64,000 nucleotides of DNA from NCBI GenBank assembly GCA_036382945.1, contig DASVPH010000030.1, positions 7,387 through 71,386 on the forward strand, given 5' to 3'. Shown piece by piece: positions 1 through 9,871 of this stretch; the stretch's first letter is position 1, and every line of letters begins with the position of its first letter. This stretch comes from Casimicrobiaceae bacterium (GTDB lineage Bacteria > Pseudomonadota > Gammaproteobacteria > Burkholderiales > Casimicrobiaceae). Both the position numbers and the translations under genes were made by a program. The notes beneath the pieces are model-generated. The model saw only the letters and a list, made by a program, of their open reading frames with translations, did not search any database and had not been told where the DNA came from.

Positions 1-143
1 TCCCGGGTGCGGAGACCGCCGGCGGCGGCTCGGGGGTCGCGGCGAAGGTCCGCCTGGCTGAGTATTCGTTGAGGCTCGCTTTCGCCATTCCGGGAATTCT
101 AGTGAGGTTTTCGGCGAGGCACGTAGGATGTGTTCATATTCAC

Positions 144-168
144 GTCATCCCGGCGCAGGCCGGGATCC
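144..168. repeat. REP-like GC-rich hairpin
   Basis: GTCATCCCGGCGCAGGCCGGGATCC has an 8-bp stem ATCCCGGC/GCCGGGAT with loop GCAG. Related copies lie at 5253-5299 and 42747-42773. Confidence 0.6.
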
Positions 169-300
169 AATTTCGGGTAAGCGCCGAAAGGCGAGTATAG
201 ACTTCGACGAACGACTGCGAGGCGACGAACGAAGCCGGAGGCGCAGACTACGGCACCTTCAGTTGCAACGCGCCCCAAAACCTCCGAGAAGGCTAGACAC

Positions 301-1011
301 GTGACCACTTCGAGACTCCTCGCCGGTGCCAGCGGCTATTCCTTCAAGGAATGGAAGGGCAACTTCTACCCGGAAAAGATCAAGCCGGAGGACATGCTCG
401 CCTTCTACGCCGCGCGTCTGCCGACAGTCGAGATCAACAACACTTTCTACCAGATGCCGAAGGTCGCGGTGCTCGAGGCCTGGACCGCTGCGACGCCGCA
501 GAGCTTCCGGTTCGCGATCAAGGCCTCCCGCCGCATCACGCACATCGCGCGTCTCAAGGCCGACGCTGCGGCCGGCTCGGTCGAGTTTCTCTACCGGAAC
601 CTCGCCGCGCTCGGCGGCAAGCGCGGTCCGGTGCTCTTCCAGCTCCCGCCGTTCATGAAGAAAGACCTGCCGCGCCTCACCGAGTTTCTCGCCCTCCTCC
701 CCGAGGGACACGCGGCGGCGTTCGAGTTCCGCAACGAGAGCTGGTTTGCCGAGGACGTCTACGCCGCGCTGAAGCGCGCCGGCGCGGCGCTCTGCCTGTC
801 CGAGCGCGAGGACAACGCGCCGCCGCCGCTTTTCGAGACCGCGCCGTGGGGCTACGTCCGGCTTCGGCTCGAAACGTATTCGGACGCCGAGCTCGAGCAG
901 TGGGCGCGCAGGCTCGACGCCACGTCGTGGCGCGAGATCTACGTCTACTTCATGCACGAGCCCACCGCGCCGGCCTACGCGCGCAAGCTGATGGGCTTCG
1001 CCTCAGCGTAG
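301..1011 (+). CDS. DUF72 (YecE-like) family protein
   Basis: 236-aa ORF with a GTG start. GASGYSFKEWKGNFYP...VEINNTFY and C-terminal YVYFMHE match my memory of DUF72/UPF0759. Stop is TAG. Confidence 0.85.
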   Translation: MTTSRLLAGASGYSFKEWKGNFYPEKIKPEDMLAFYAARLPTVEINNTFYQMPKVAVLEAWTAATPQSFRFAIKASRRITHIARLKADAAAGSVEFLYRNLAALGGKRGPVLFQLPPFMKKDLPRLTEFLALLPEGHAAAFEFRNESWFAEDVYAALKRAGAALCLSEREDNAPPPLFETAPWGYVRLRLETYSDAELEQWARRLDATSWREIYVYFMHEPTAPAYARKLMGFASA

Positions 1012-1078
1012 CGAGGTGCGAGCACACGCATCGCAAGCGTCGCGGCGCGCGCACGTTCTGCGCACCGTGCCGATCGAG

Positions 1079-1225
1079 TCAAGCCGGCGCGGCCGCGCCG
1101 TCGGCCGCGCAGACGCGGTCTCGTCCGGCCGGCTTGGCCGCGTAGAGCGCGCCGTCGGCGGCCTTGATGAAATCCGCCATGTTCGCGCCGTGCTGCGGAT
1201 AGGAGGCCCCAGCAAAGGCACGCCC
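1079..1225 (-). pseudogene. GGDEF-domain C-terminal remnant
   Basis: A start-less minus-strand frame reads RAFAGASYPQHGANMADFIKAADGALYAAKPAGRDRVCAADGAAAPA*. ADxALYxAKxxGRDR is the classic end of a diguanylate cyclase domain. No upstream part is present. Confidence 0.45.
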
Positions 1226-1318
1226 GCAAGCGCCCATCCTGCGGGCTCGAAGCCCTCAAGGTGTGCTTTGAACTGAGCGATCCAGCAAAGGCGCGCCCGC
1301 AAGGGCACATCCTGCGGG
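1209..1318. repeat. two copies of a 37-nt hairpin repeat (73-nt period)
   Basis: Copies at 1209-1245 and 1282-1318 follow CCAGCAAAGGCRCGCCCGCAAGSGCMCATCCTGCGGG with 3 mismatches. Each contains a CCCGCA/TGCGGG stem. Confidence 0.7.
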
Positions 1319-1321
1319 TGT

Positions 1322-3283
1322 TTAGGACCGCGCCGGAATCGGCTCGTCGTTGACGTTGGGCTCGGGCTGCTCGGCGCCGCGCATCTCGTCGAGCGGGGCG
1401 TCTTCGATCACCGGCGAGTCTTGTTCGATCGCCAGCCGCGACTCCTCCGGCATGTCCTTCGGCAGGAAGCCTCCGGATTGATGCTTCCAGAGCAGCGCGT
1501 AGTGTCCGTCCAGGCGCAAGAGCTCGTCGTGCGTGCCCTGCTCGACGATGCGGCCCTGCTCCAGAACGATCAAGCGGTCCATGCGCGCGATGGTCGACAG
1601 CCGGTGCGCGATGGCGATCACGGTCTTGCCCTGCATCAGGCCCAGGAGCTGGTCCTGGATCGCGAGCTCCACTTCGCTGTCGAGCGCGGAGGTCGCCTCG
1701 TCGAGCACCAGGATCGGCGCGTTCTTGAGGATCACGCGCGCGATGGCGATGCGCTGCCGCTGGCCGCCCGAAAGCTTCACCCCGCGCTCGCCGACGTGCG
1801 CGTCGTAGCCGGTGCGCCCCTTCCAGTCCTGCAGATCGACGATGAACTCGTGCGCGTGCGCCTTGCGCGCAGCGGCCCGGATCTCCTCGGCGCTGGCGTC
1901 CGGACGACCGTAGCCGATGTTGGCGGCGATCGAGCGGTGCAGGAGCGAGGTGTCCTGCGTGACCACGCCGATTGCGGCGCGCAGGCTCTCCTGCGTGACC
2001 AAGCCGATGTCCTGCCCGTCGATGCGGATGCTGCCTCGCTCAAGCTCGTGAAAGCGCAGCAGCAGGTTCACCAGCGTGGACTTGCCCGCGCCCGAGCGGC
2101 CGACCAGCCCCACGCGCTCGCCGGGGCGGATGACGAGATTCAAATCGTCGAGCACGCGCTTGCCGTCGCTGCGCCCGTAGGCGAACGAGACGCGCTCGAA
2201 CCGGACCTCGCCGCGCGAAACCTCGAGCTCGCGCGCACCGGGCCGATCGACGAGCGTATGCGGCACGGCAATGGTCTGCATACCCTCCTGCACCACCCCG
2301 ATGTTCTCGAAGATGCCGGTGACTTCCCAGCTCACCCAGCCCGCGACGTTGGCGATCTGCCAGGCGAGCGGCAAGGCGGTCGCCACCACGCCGGCGCTGA
2401 CCTGGCCGTGGCCCCAGAGCGTGATGCCGATCGCGGCGGTGGCGACCAGCAACACCGCGTTCATCGTGGAGAGCGCCGTCATGAAGCGCGTGATGAGCCG
2501 CATGTGGGCGGCGATCGCGCCGGTGTGCTCGTCGACGACTTCGCGCACGTAGGCGTCCTCGTCGCGCGACCGAGCGAAGAGCTTCACGGTGAGGATGTTG
2601 GTGTAGCTGTCGACCACGCGTCCCATCACCAGCGAGCGCAGCTCCGAGCTCGCCTTGGCGAGATCGCGCATCCGCGGCACGAAATAGCGCAGGAAGACAA
2701 AGTAGCCCGCGAACCACAGCACGGTCGGGAGGGCCAGTCGCCAGTCGGCTGCCGCCATCAGCACCAGCGCGGAGAGGCCGTAGATCGCGATGTACCAGAC
2801 GGCCCGAATGCTCGACACGACCGACTCGCGCAAGGCGTTGCTGGTCTGCATCACGCGGTTGGCGATGCGCCCGGCGAAGTCGTTCTGGAAGAACGGCCAG
2901 CTCTGGCGCACCACGTGCCAGTGGCTCTGCCAGCGGATGAGGCTGGTCACGCTGGGCACCACGCCGTTGTTGCGCACCAGGCTGTCGGCGAGCAGCGCCA
3001 GCGGGCGACCGAATACGACGAGCGCCGCCATGCCCAGCAGCATCGGCGTGGCGGCACGAAACGCGGCGGCGCGGTCGGTCGCTTGCATCAGCGTGACCAG
3101 CTTGCCGATGAAAACGGGGATCAGGGTGTCGATCAGCGCCACCGCGATCCCGGTGACGAACATCGCGGCGTACAGAGCGCGCGTCTGGCGGATGAAATGC
3201 CAGTAGAACGCGACGAGGCCCGCCGGCGGTGCGCTCGGCGGCAACGCGGTGGGTCGGACGCGGGTTTCGAAGAATGCGAACAT
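1322..3283 (-). CDS. ABC exporter, fused permease/ATPase (MsbA/ABCB type)
   Basis: 653 aa from the ATG at 3283. The N-terminal half is TM-rich, followed by Walker A GRSGAGKST, signature LSGGQRQR and Walker B ILVLDEATSALD. The 1020-aa track ORF is an antisense over-extension. Confidence 0.9.
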   Translation of the reverse strand: MFAFFETRVRPTALPPSAPPAGLVAFYWHFIRQTRALYAAMFVTGIAVALIDTLIPVFIGKLVTLMQATDRAAAFRAATPMLLGMAALVVFGRPLALLADSLVRNNGVVPSVTSLIRWQSHWHVVRQSWPFFQNDFAGRIANRVMQTSNALRESVVSSIRAVWYIAIYGLSALVLMAAADWRLALPTVLWFAGYFVFLRYFVPRMRDLAKASSELRSLVMGRVVDSYTNILTVKLFARSRDEDAYVREVVDEHTGAIAAHMRLITRFMTALSTMNAVLLVATAAIGITLWGHGQVSAGVVATALPLAWQIANVAGWVSWEVTGIFENIGVVQEGMQTIAVPHTLVDRPGARELEVSRGEVRFERVSFAYGRSDGKRVLDDLNLVIRPGERVGLVGRSGAGKSTLVNLLLRFHELERGSIRIDGQDIGLVTQESLRAAIGVVTQDTSLLHRSIAANIGYGRPDASAEEIRAAARKAHAHEFIVDLQDWKGRTGYDAHVGERGVKLSGGQRQRIAIARVILKNAPILVLDEATSALDSEVELAIQDQLLGLMQGKTVIAIAHRLSTIARMDRLIVLEQGRIVEQGTHDELLRLDGHYALLWKHQSGGFLPKDMPEESRLAIEQDSPVIEDAPLDEMRGAEQPEPNVNDEPIPARS

Positions 3284-3460
3284 GGCTACCGAGGAGCGCG
3301 CCGCGGCGCGCTCGTGACGCGCCGCAGGACAATATGCGATTGTAACGGGACGGGCGACGACGCGTAAGGCGTCGGATCGGTCGTCGAACTGCGAGCGTTC
3401 GCGCTGTCTAACCTCTCTGGCTCGCAAGCCCGGAGCCGCGCATTCTGCTATCGTCGTTCC

Positions 3461-4386
3461 ATGCAGCCGATCATCTCGATTACGAACCTTTCCAAGACGT
3501 ATGCCTCGGGTTTCCAGGCGCTCAAGCGCATCAACCTGGACATCCGCCGCGGCGAGATCTTCGCCTTGCTGGGCCCCAATGGCGCGGGAAAGACCACGCT
3601 GATCAGCATCGTCTGCGGGATCGTCAACGCTTCCGCGGGGACCGTGCTCGTCAACGGTCACGACATCGCTGCCGATTACCGTGCCGCGCGCTCGATGATC
3701 GGGCTCGTGCCACAGGAGTTGACGACCGACGCGTTCGAATCGGTGTGGAATACGGTGTCGTTCAGCCGGGGGCTCTTCGGCAAGCCGCCCCGTCCGGCGC
3801 TCATCGAAAAGGTGCTGCGGGACTTGTCGCTGTGGGACAAGAAGGACAGCAAGGTGATGACGCTCTCCGGCGGCATGAAGCGGCGGCTGCTCATCGCCAA
3901 GGCCCTGTCGCACGAGCCGCAAATCCTCTTCCTCGACGAGCCGACCGCGGGGGTCGACGTGGAGCTGCGGCACGACATGTGGACGCTGGTGCGCTCGCTC
4001 AAGGTGGAGGGCGCGACCATCATTCTCACCACGCACTACATCGACGAAGCCGAGGAGATGGCCGACCGGGTCGGCGTCATCAACAAGGGCGAGCTCATCC
4101 TCGTGGAGGATAAGACGCAGCTCATGCGCAAGCTCGGTACCAAGCAGCTGACGCTCCAGCTTCTGCATCCGCTGGAGCGCATTCCGCCGGCACTGGTCGA
4201 CCAGGGGCTGGAGCTCTCCAGCGACCGCAGCGAATTGATCTATACCTACGACACCCTGGACGGCGAGAGAACCAGCATCGCGGCGCTGCTCAAGGCTCTG
4301 GATGAAGAAGGCGTGCGGTTCAGGGATCTGCAAACCACCCAGAGCTCGCTCGAAGACATCTTCGTGAGCCTGGTGCGGAAGCAACG

Positions 4387-4390
<4 letters not shown>
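3461..4390 (+). CDS. yadG: ABC-2 type transporter ATP-binding protein (YadG-like)
   Basis: Walker [10 protein letters not shown], signature LSGGMKRRL and Walker [17 protein letters not shown] overlap with the downstream permease. Confidence 0.85.
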
Positions 4391-5148
<758 letters not shown>

Positions 5149-5252
5149 CCCAGCAAACGCTTGTCCCCCCCCCGGCCCCGGACTCAAACACTCCGGGGCA
5201 GGCTGCGGCCGGGGCCCAAGCTCGTGCGACTGCCGCGACACCGCGTCCACTT

Positions 5253-5299
5253 GGATCCCGGCCCCCGGCCTGCGCCGGGGCAGGCTTCGCCGGGATGAC
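5253..5299. repeat. REP-like nested palindrome
   Basis: GGATCCCGGC[CCCCGGCCTGCGCCGGGG]CAGGCTTCGCCGGGATGAC is the reverse orientation of the 144-168 element with an internal CCCCGGC/GCCGGGG hairpin. Confidence 0.55.
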
Positions 5300-5489
5300 G
5301 CATTTGTTCCCGATCACGGGCCGCTCACGCGACCCGCTCTCGGACAGCCCTCGTCACTTGGCCAGGAGCGCCTCCACCGCCTGGATCGACCCGCCGGACG
5401 CGCCGGCCGCCGCCCTCAGGTTCTTGACACCGAGCGAATCGACCCGGGTCGAGTAGAATCGCGTCCTCGCTTGACGCTCGGAGCTCGGG

Positions 5490-7334
5490 ATGGCCTTCCG
5501 CCTCGCATTGCTCGTGGTCGTAACGGTCTGGCTCGCGCCAGCGCTGGGCGAGACCCCTGCCGACCGCTGGAATCTCGCCGAGGTGTATCCATCGCTCGCG
5601 GCGTGGAACGCCGATGCGGCCAAGCTCGAAGGGCAGATCGCCGAGTTCGCGGCCTGCAAGGGTCATCTCGGCGACGGCGCACAGCGCTTCCGGCAGTGCC
5701 TCGATCTGCAGGCGGACATGACCAAGCGCTATTACCGTCTCGCCATGTATGCGAGCGAAAAGCTCGCCGAGGACACCGGGTCCGGGCCCTCGCTCGAGCT
5801 CGACCAGCGCGCCGACCTCGTGGGCAACAAGCTCAACGAAGCGCAGGCGTTCGTCGATCCGGAAGTCCTGCGTCTGGGCAGGGAGCGCATCGCGCAGTTC
5901 CTGCGCGAGGATGGTGCGCTCGCCATCTATCGCTTCCCGCTCGAGCGCATCCTGCGCAGGGCCCCGCATACGCTCAACGACGAGGGCGAAGCGCTGGTGG
6001 CGCGCTTCGGCCTGATGAACGGCGCCGGCGCCTCGGCCTACTCGATCCTCACCAACGCCGATATTCCCTGGCCGAAGGTCAAGATCGGCGCGCAAGAGGT
6101 CACCCTCGACCCGTCCGCCTACACCAAATACCGCGAGGCGCCCGACCGCGACGACCGCAAGCGGGTGATGGATGCGTTCTTCGGCACCTACAAGACCTAC
6201 GAGCGCACGATCGGCGTCGACCTCTATTCGCAGCTCAAGCAGGATGCCGTCTACAGCAAGGTACGCAACTATCCGGACTCGATCACGCGCGTGCTCGACC
6301 GCGAGAACGTCCCTGTCGCCGTGTTCGATACCCTTATCGCCCAGGCCAACGCCAACCTGGCCACGCTCCACCGCTACTTCCGCCTGCGGGCGAAGATGCT
6401 CGGCGTGACGCAGCTCCAGTACTACGACATCTACCCGCCGCTCGTGCGCGGCGAATACACCTTCCCGCTGGCCCTCGGAAAAAAGCTCGTGCTCGAGGCC
6501 GTGGCGCCGCTCGGCAGGGACTACGTCGCGGCGATGAAGAAAGGTTTCGACAACCGCTGGATGGACGCGTATCCGCGGCCGCGCAAGCAATCCGGGGCGT
6601 ACATGGACGACCACGCCTACGACGTCCATCCCTACGTGCTCATGAACTACAACGACGACTACGACTCGGTGACGACGATCGCGCACGAATGGGGCCATGC
6701 GCTGCACTCGTACCTGGCGAGCCGCGCGCAGCCGTTCGTCACCTCGCGCTACGCGATATTCGTCGGCGAGATCGCCTCCACCTTCAACGAGGAGTTGTTG
6801 CTGCAACAGATGCTCAAGCAGGCGAAGACCGACGAGGAGCGCCTCTTCTACCTCGGCAACGCGCTGGAGCAGATCCGCGCCACGTTCTTCCGGCAGGCGA
6901 TGTTCGCCGAGTTCGAGCGCAGCATCCACGCGCGGGTCGACGCCGGCGAGCCGCTTTCCGGCGAGGCGCTCACCAAAACCTACTGCGACATCCTGAAGCG
7001 CTACCACGGGGCCCAGGAGGGTGTGGTGGCGATCGACGACCGGTACTGCGTCGAGTGGGCCTACATTCCGCATTTCTATAACGCGTTCTACGTGTATCAG
7101 TACGCGACGTCGATCGCGGCCGCGTCGCTCTTCGCGCAGAGGGTCGAGCGCGGCGAGCCGGGCGCGCTCGAGCGCTACCTCGAACTGTTGCGTGCCGGCG
7201 GATCCGATTATCCGTACGAGCTGGTCAAGAAGGCAGGCGTGGACCTCGCCACGCCCGCGCCGTACCAGGCGCTCTTCGCGCGCATGAACGCGATCATGGA
7301 CGAGATCGAGGTGATCCTGGCAAAGCGGAAGTAG
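5490..7334 (+). CDS. M3-family oligoendopeptidase (PepF-like), secreted
   Basis: 614 aa with an N-terminal signal-like segment LLVVVTVWLAPALG. It carries the zinc motif HEWGHALH, and length and layout fit oligoendopeptidase F. Confidence 0.85.
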   Translation: MAFRLALLVVVTVWLAPALGETPADRWNLAEVYPSLAAWNADAAKLEGQIAEFAACKGHLGDGAQRFRQCLDLQADMTKRYYRLAMYASEKLAEDTGSGPSLELDQRADLVGNKLNEAQAFVDPEVLRLGRERIAQFLREDGALAIYRFPLERILRRAPHTLNDEGEALVARFGLMNGAGASAYSILTNADIPWPKVKIGAQEVTLDPSAYTKYREAPDRDDRKRVMDAFFGTYKTYERTIGVDLYSQLKQDAVYSKVRNYPDSITRVLDRENVPVAVFDTLIAQANANLATLHRYFRLRAKMLGVTQLQYYDIYPPLVRGEYTFPLALGKKLVLEAVAPLGRDYVAAMKKGFDNRWMDAYPRPRKQSGAYMDDHAYDVHPYVLMNYNDDYDSVTTIAHEWGHALHSYLASRAQPFVTSRYAIFVGEIASTFNEELLLQQMLKQAKTDEERLFYLGNALEQIRATFFRQAMFAEFERSIHARVDAGEPLSGEALTKTYCDILKRYHGAQEGVVAIDDRYCVEWAYIPHFYNAFYVYQYATSIAAASLFAQRVERGEPGALERYLELLRAGGSDYPYELVKKAGVDLATPAPYQALFARMNAIMDEIEVILAKRK

Positions 7335-7423
7335 CGGGCGCGAGCAGCGAGAGGGGATCGGGCGTAAAGGAGGCTGCGGGCGCGGCCGGATGCGCCGCTA
7401 CGGCTTCGGTGCCTTCGGTGCCA

Positions 7424-8248
7424 TTACTGCCTCAGCCCCACGATCTGCCCCGTGCTGCTGCAGTCGGTGGCTGCGCTCGTGGAGCTGAATCGAGCGCGGA
7501 GGCTGTAGAAGCTGTTGGCCATCTCGTAGAACACGAACGAGCCGAAATCGCCGTTGCTGCAAGTGTAATTGCCGTCCAGCGCCCCGAAATGCCCTACCTG
7601 GCTATAGACGCCGCTATAGGTGCAAGTCACCGTCAGCGTGCTGCCCGTGAGCACGGTGACGGTCATCGCGGTGTCCGCTTGCGCTATGGTGGCAGCCAAA
7701 GGTGCGGCCGCGGTGTTTGCGTCCGCGGGGCACCCGGCGCCGCTCACCTGTTGGTTGTAAATGCCGAAGAACGTTCCGTTGAAGTTCTCGTAAACCAACA
7801 CCTGGCGCGTGATCGCCTTGTTCACGACCACGCCATCGACCGAGTAGGTCAGACTGGCCGTTTCAATGAACTCGGCGGTAAAGGTCATCGACCCGACCGG
7901 GGTGGCCGTCACCGTCGCGGGGTCGAAGGGAACCGTCCCGAACCAAGGACCGGTCGTAGCGTAAAGTGTCCCGGTCCAGAAGTTCTTGTCGTTCGAGTCC
8001 AGTCCCCCGTAATCCAGGGTCGCGACATACCAGGTTGGCTTGCCCGCGGCGTCGTAGACGAACATGGTGGCGAACAGGACACTGCCCTGGTGGACGATCT
8101 GCATTCCCCAGCCGCTCTCGGCGGGGATCCACCACAGGTCGGACTGATCGGTGCTAAAGGAGGTGGCTCTTGCTTTGGAGCCGTACAGCGCGGTCAATCC
8201 CAGCACGACCGCGACGGAAATCGCACCTACCACGCGACGCAGCTTCAT
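7424..8248 (-). CDS. secreted hypothetical protein
   Basis: Start taken at MKLRRVVGAISVAVVLGLTALYG (signal peptide), with GGAGAAGGGA upstream. I recognise no family. Confidence 0.6.
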   Translation of the reverse strand: MKLRRVVGAISVAVVLGLTALYGSKARATSFSTDQSDLWWIPAESGWGMQIVHQGSVLFATMFVYDAAGKPTWYVATLDYGGLDSNDKNFWTGTLYATTGPWFGTVPFDPATVTATPVGSMTFTAEFIETASLTYSVDGVVVNKAITRQVLVYENFNGTFFGIYNQQVSGAGCPADANTAAAPLAATIAQADTAMTVTVLTGSTLTVTCTYSGVYSQVGHFGALDGNYTCSNGDFGSFVFYEMANSFYSLRARFSSTSAATDCSSTGQIVGLRQ

Positions 8249-8357
8249 GGTAATCCCTTCTCCCGAGACGGTCGTGCCAGCAAGCGGCGCGCCGACGCGT
8301 CGCCGCACACCATAATACGCCGCGACGCCAAGCGCCGGCAGCGCCCTCGAAGACCCG

Positions 8358-8936
8358 CTAGCGCCGCTTCTGGTACGTCCCCATCAGCACCGCCTGCGCC
8401 AGGATGTGTCCCTGCATCGCTTTCTCCAGCGCGGCCTTGTTCGGCCGCTTGAGATCGGGCAGCAGCGTATCGAGCGCGTAGAGCTTGTGGAAGTAGCGAT
8501 GGCGGCCGGTGGGCGGGCACGGACCGCCGTATCCGGTACGGCCCCAATCGTTCGTGCCTTCGCGAGCCCCCGCAGGCAAGGCAGCCACCTTGACCGCTTC
8601 AGGCAAACCCGTCGCGGTGGGCGGAATGTCGTAGAGCACCCAATGCACCCACGTCATCTTCGGCGCCGCAGGGTCGGGCGCGTCGGGGTCGTCGACGATG
8701 AGCGCGAAGCTCTTGGTGCCTGCCGGTGCGCCGCTCCAGGCGAGCGGTGGCGAGATGTCCTTGCCTTCGCAGGTGTAGACCGACGGGATCGCGCCCTCGG
8801 GCGCGAAAGCGCTGGAAGTGATCGACAGGCTCATGGGCTTTTCCTCCGCGAAAGCGGCCGACGTTGCCGCGAAGATCACAGCGAGCGCGACGCCCCCCGT
8901 CGGCCGGATCGCTCGGGTCGCAGCGAGCTCGCGCAT
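8358..8936 (-). CDS. YbhB/YbcL family (PEBP) protein, secreted
   Basis: PPLAWSG.P.GTKSFALIVDDPDAP...WVHWVLYDIP...GYGGPCPP.G.HRY.F.LYALD are PEBP/Raf-kinase-inhibitor-like motifs. ATG at 8936 is preferred over GTG at 8957. Confidence 0.85.
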   Translation of the reverse strand: MRELAATRAIRPTGGVALAVIFAATSAAFAEEKPMSLSITSSAFAPEGAIPSVYTCEGKDISPPLAWSGAPAGTKSFALIVDDPDAPDPAAPKMTWVHWVLYDIPPTATGLPEAVKVAALPAGAREGTNDWGRTGYGGPCPPTGRHRYFHKLYALDTLLPDLKRPNKAALEKAMQGHILAQAVLMGTYQKRR

Positions 8937-9054
8937 AGGACGATTCCTACAGTCCACGTATGCCTATCCTACTCCACGAATCGGACAGGGCCGACACACG
9001 GAACCGGACCTCGCCGATAGTGGAGGCGTCCCGTCGCAGCGCAGAATTCGAGCC

Positions 9055-9261
9055 ATGGAAATGCTCAAACCTAGGTCACGAGAGATGCTCCACTTGCTTC
9101 AAGCGAGTACGACTCCGAGCGCCGACTCGGCGTTGACGCCTTTCGTCGCCGCGTCGATCGAGGAAATCCGCTACGCGCAGCAGCTCCGGCAGCGCATCAA
9201 AGACCGGTATCTGAACCGGCCGACTCCGCCGGTCAGCTTCTGGAGCGTCGGGGCCGACTGA
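9055..9261 (+). CDS. small hypothetical protein (68 aa)
   Basis: Internal ATG of the 8818-9261 ORF. No recognisable domain and no strong SD. Confidence 0.3.
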   Translation: MEMLKPRSREMLHLLQASTTPSADSALTPFVAASIEEIRYAQQLRQRIKDRYLNRPTPPVSFWSVGAD

Positions 9262-9335
9262 GGTCCTCTTCCGCGGGCGGCGAACCGAGCCCCTCCGGAT
9301 CCAAGGCGCCCAGGCCGCTGCCGTACGCACCCGCG

Positions 9336-9785
9336 TCAGGCCCAGTCGATATCGCTCTTGTGCTTGCGCCGGTCCTTGCCGGAGCGGCGGTCTTTCGAGT
9401 CGATGTTCTCACCTTCCGCCGGCCGCTCCTTAGCCGAGCGGCGCTGCCCTTTGCGGCGGTCGAACAACTTGGTGTAATAGCAGGCGCATTGGTGCGGATA
9501 CGGGCAGTGCGGTAACGGCAGCGGCGGTTTCTTATCGAGCGGAAACTCCCTGCCGATGATCTGCCGCGCTTCCGGACAGGCCTTGTCCCTCGTCGGTGCC
9601 GCTATCCGCACGCCCCATTGCTCGGCTTGCTTCTTGTGCTCGCCTTTTGCCTTCGCGACGGGTTTCGCCTCGTTTCTTCTGTTGCGGATGCGTGGCTGTG
9701 CAGATGAGCGCCGATAGGCCCATAGCCCGACCGAGCTGGCTGTTAGAGCGACGATAATGACGACCAGCGCTGTCGATACACCCAT
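9336..9785 (-). CDS. membrane-anchored basic Cys-rich hypothetical protein
   Basis: Start at MGVSTALVVIIVALTASSVGLWAY (TM helix) with GGAGAAGGAG upstream. It has a CP...HCPYPHQCAC cluster and DRR-rich tail. Confidence 0.55.
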   Translation of the reverse strand: MGVSTALVVIIVALTASSVGLWAYRRSSAQPRIRNRRNEAKPVAKAKGEHKKQAEQWGVRIAAPTRDKACPEARQIIGREFPLDKKPPLPLPHCPYPHQCACYYTKLFDRRKGQRRSAKERPAEGENIDSKDRRSGKDRRKHKSDIDWA

Positions 9786-9871
9786 GGCGCTCCTTCTCCG
9801 CGCGCAATATATTCCGAGAAAGGGTTCGCTGTCGACCAAGCGCGACCCGTACACTCTCCGCGACGAACTGT

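Noticed and set aside
99-308. 69-aa minus-strand ORF at the window start.
   Set aside because: It is built largely from the REP-like palindrome (DPGLRRDD). It has no SD and is not coding-like.
1421-3367. 648-aa plus-strand ORF.
   Set aside because: It is an antisense shadow of the MsbA-type exporter. It has an Arg/Ala/Gly/Asp/His-rich low-complexity composition typical of high-GC reverse frames, and no motifs.
3284-4384. Upstream 367 codons of the 1020-aa minus-strand ORF (1322-4384).
   Set aside because: This part is antisense to the well-supported yadG-like ATPase gene and has no ABC or other motifs. The exporter has a natural start (MFAFFETRV..., 3283) in front of its first TM segment.
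5424-5459. TTGACA ... TAGAAT as the pepF-like promoter.
   Set aside because: The hexamers are 24 nt apart, which is too far for a sigma70 promoter. The intervening TCGACCCGGGTCGA palindrome is noted but is insufficient for a call.
5325-7081. 582-aa minus-strand and 536-aa plus-strand ORFs overlapping the M3 peptidase gene.
   Set aside because: They are alternative or antisense frames of a gene with a clear HEWGH zinc motif. Their compositions are Arg/Ala-dominated.
7332-7334. TAG stops followed by a conserved motif as pyrrolysine/PYLIS-type recoding.
   Set aside because: The proteins end at their expected C-termini and the downstream frames are not coding-like. Nothing in the window suggests pyl genes.
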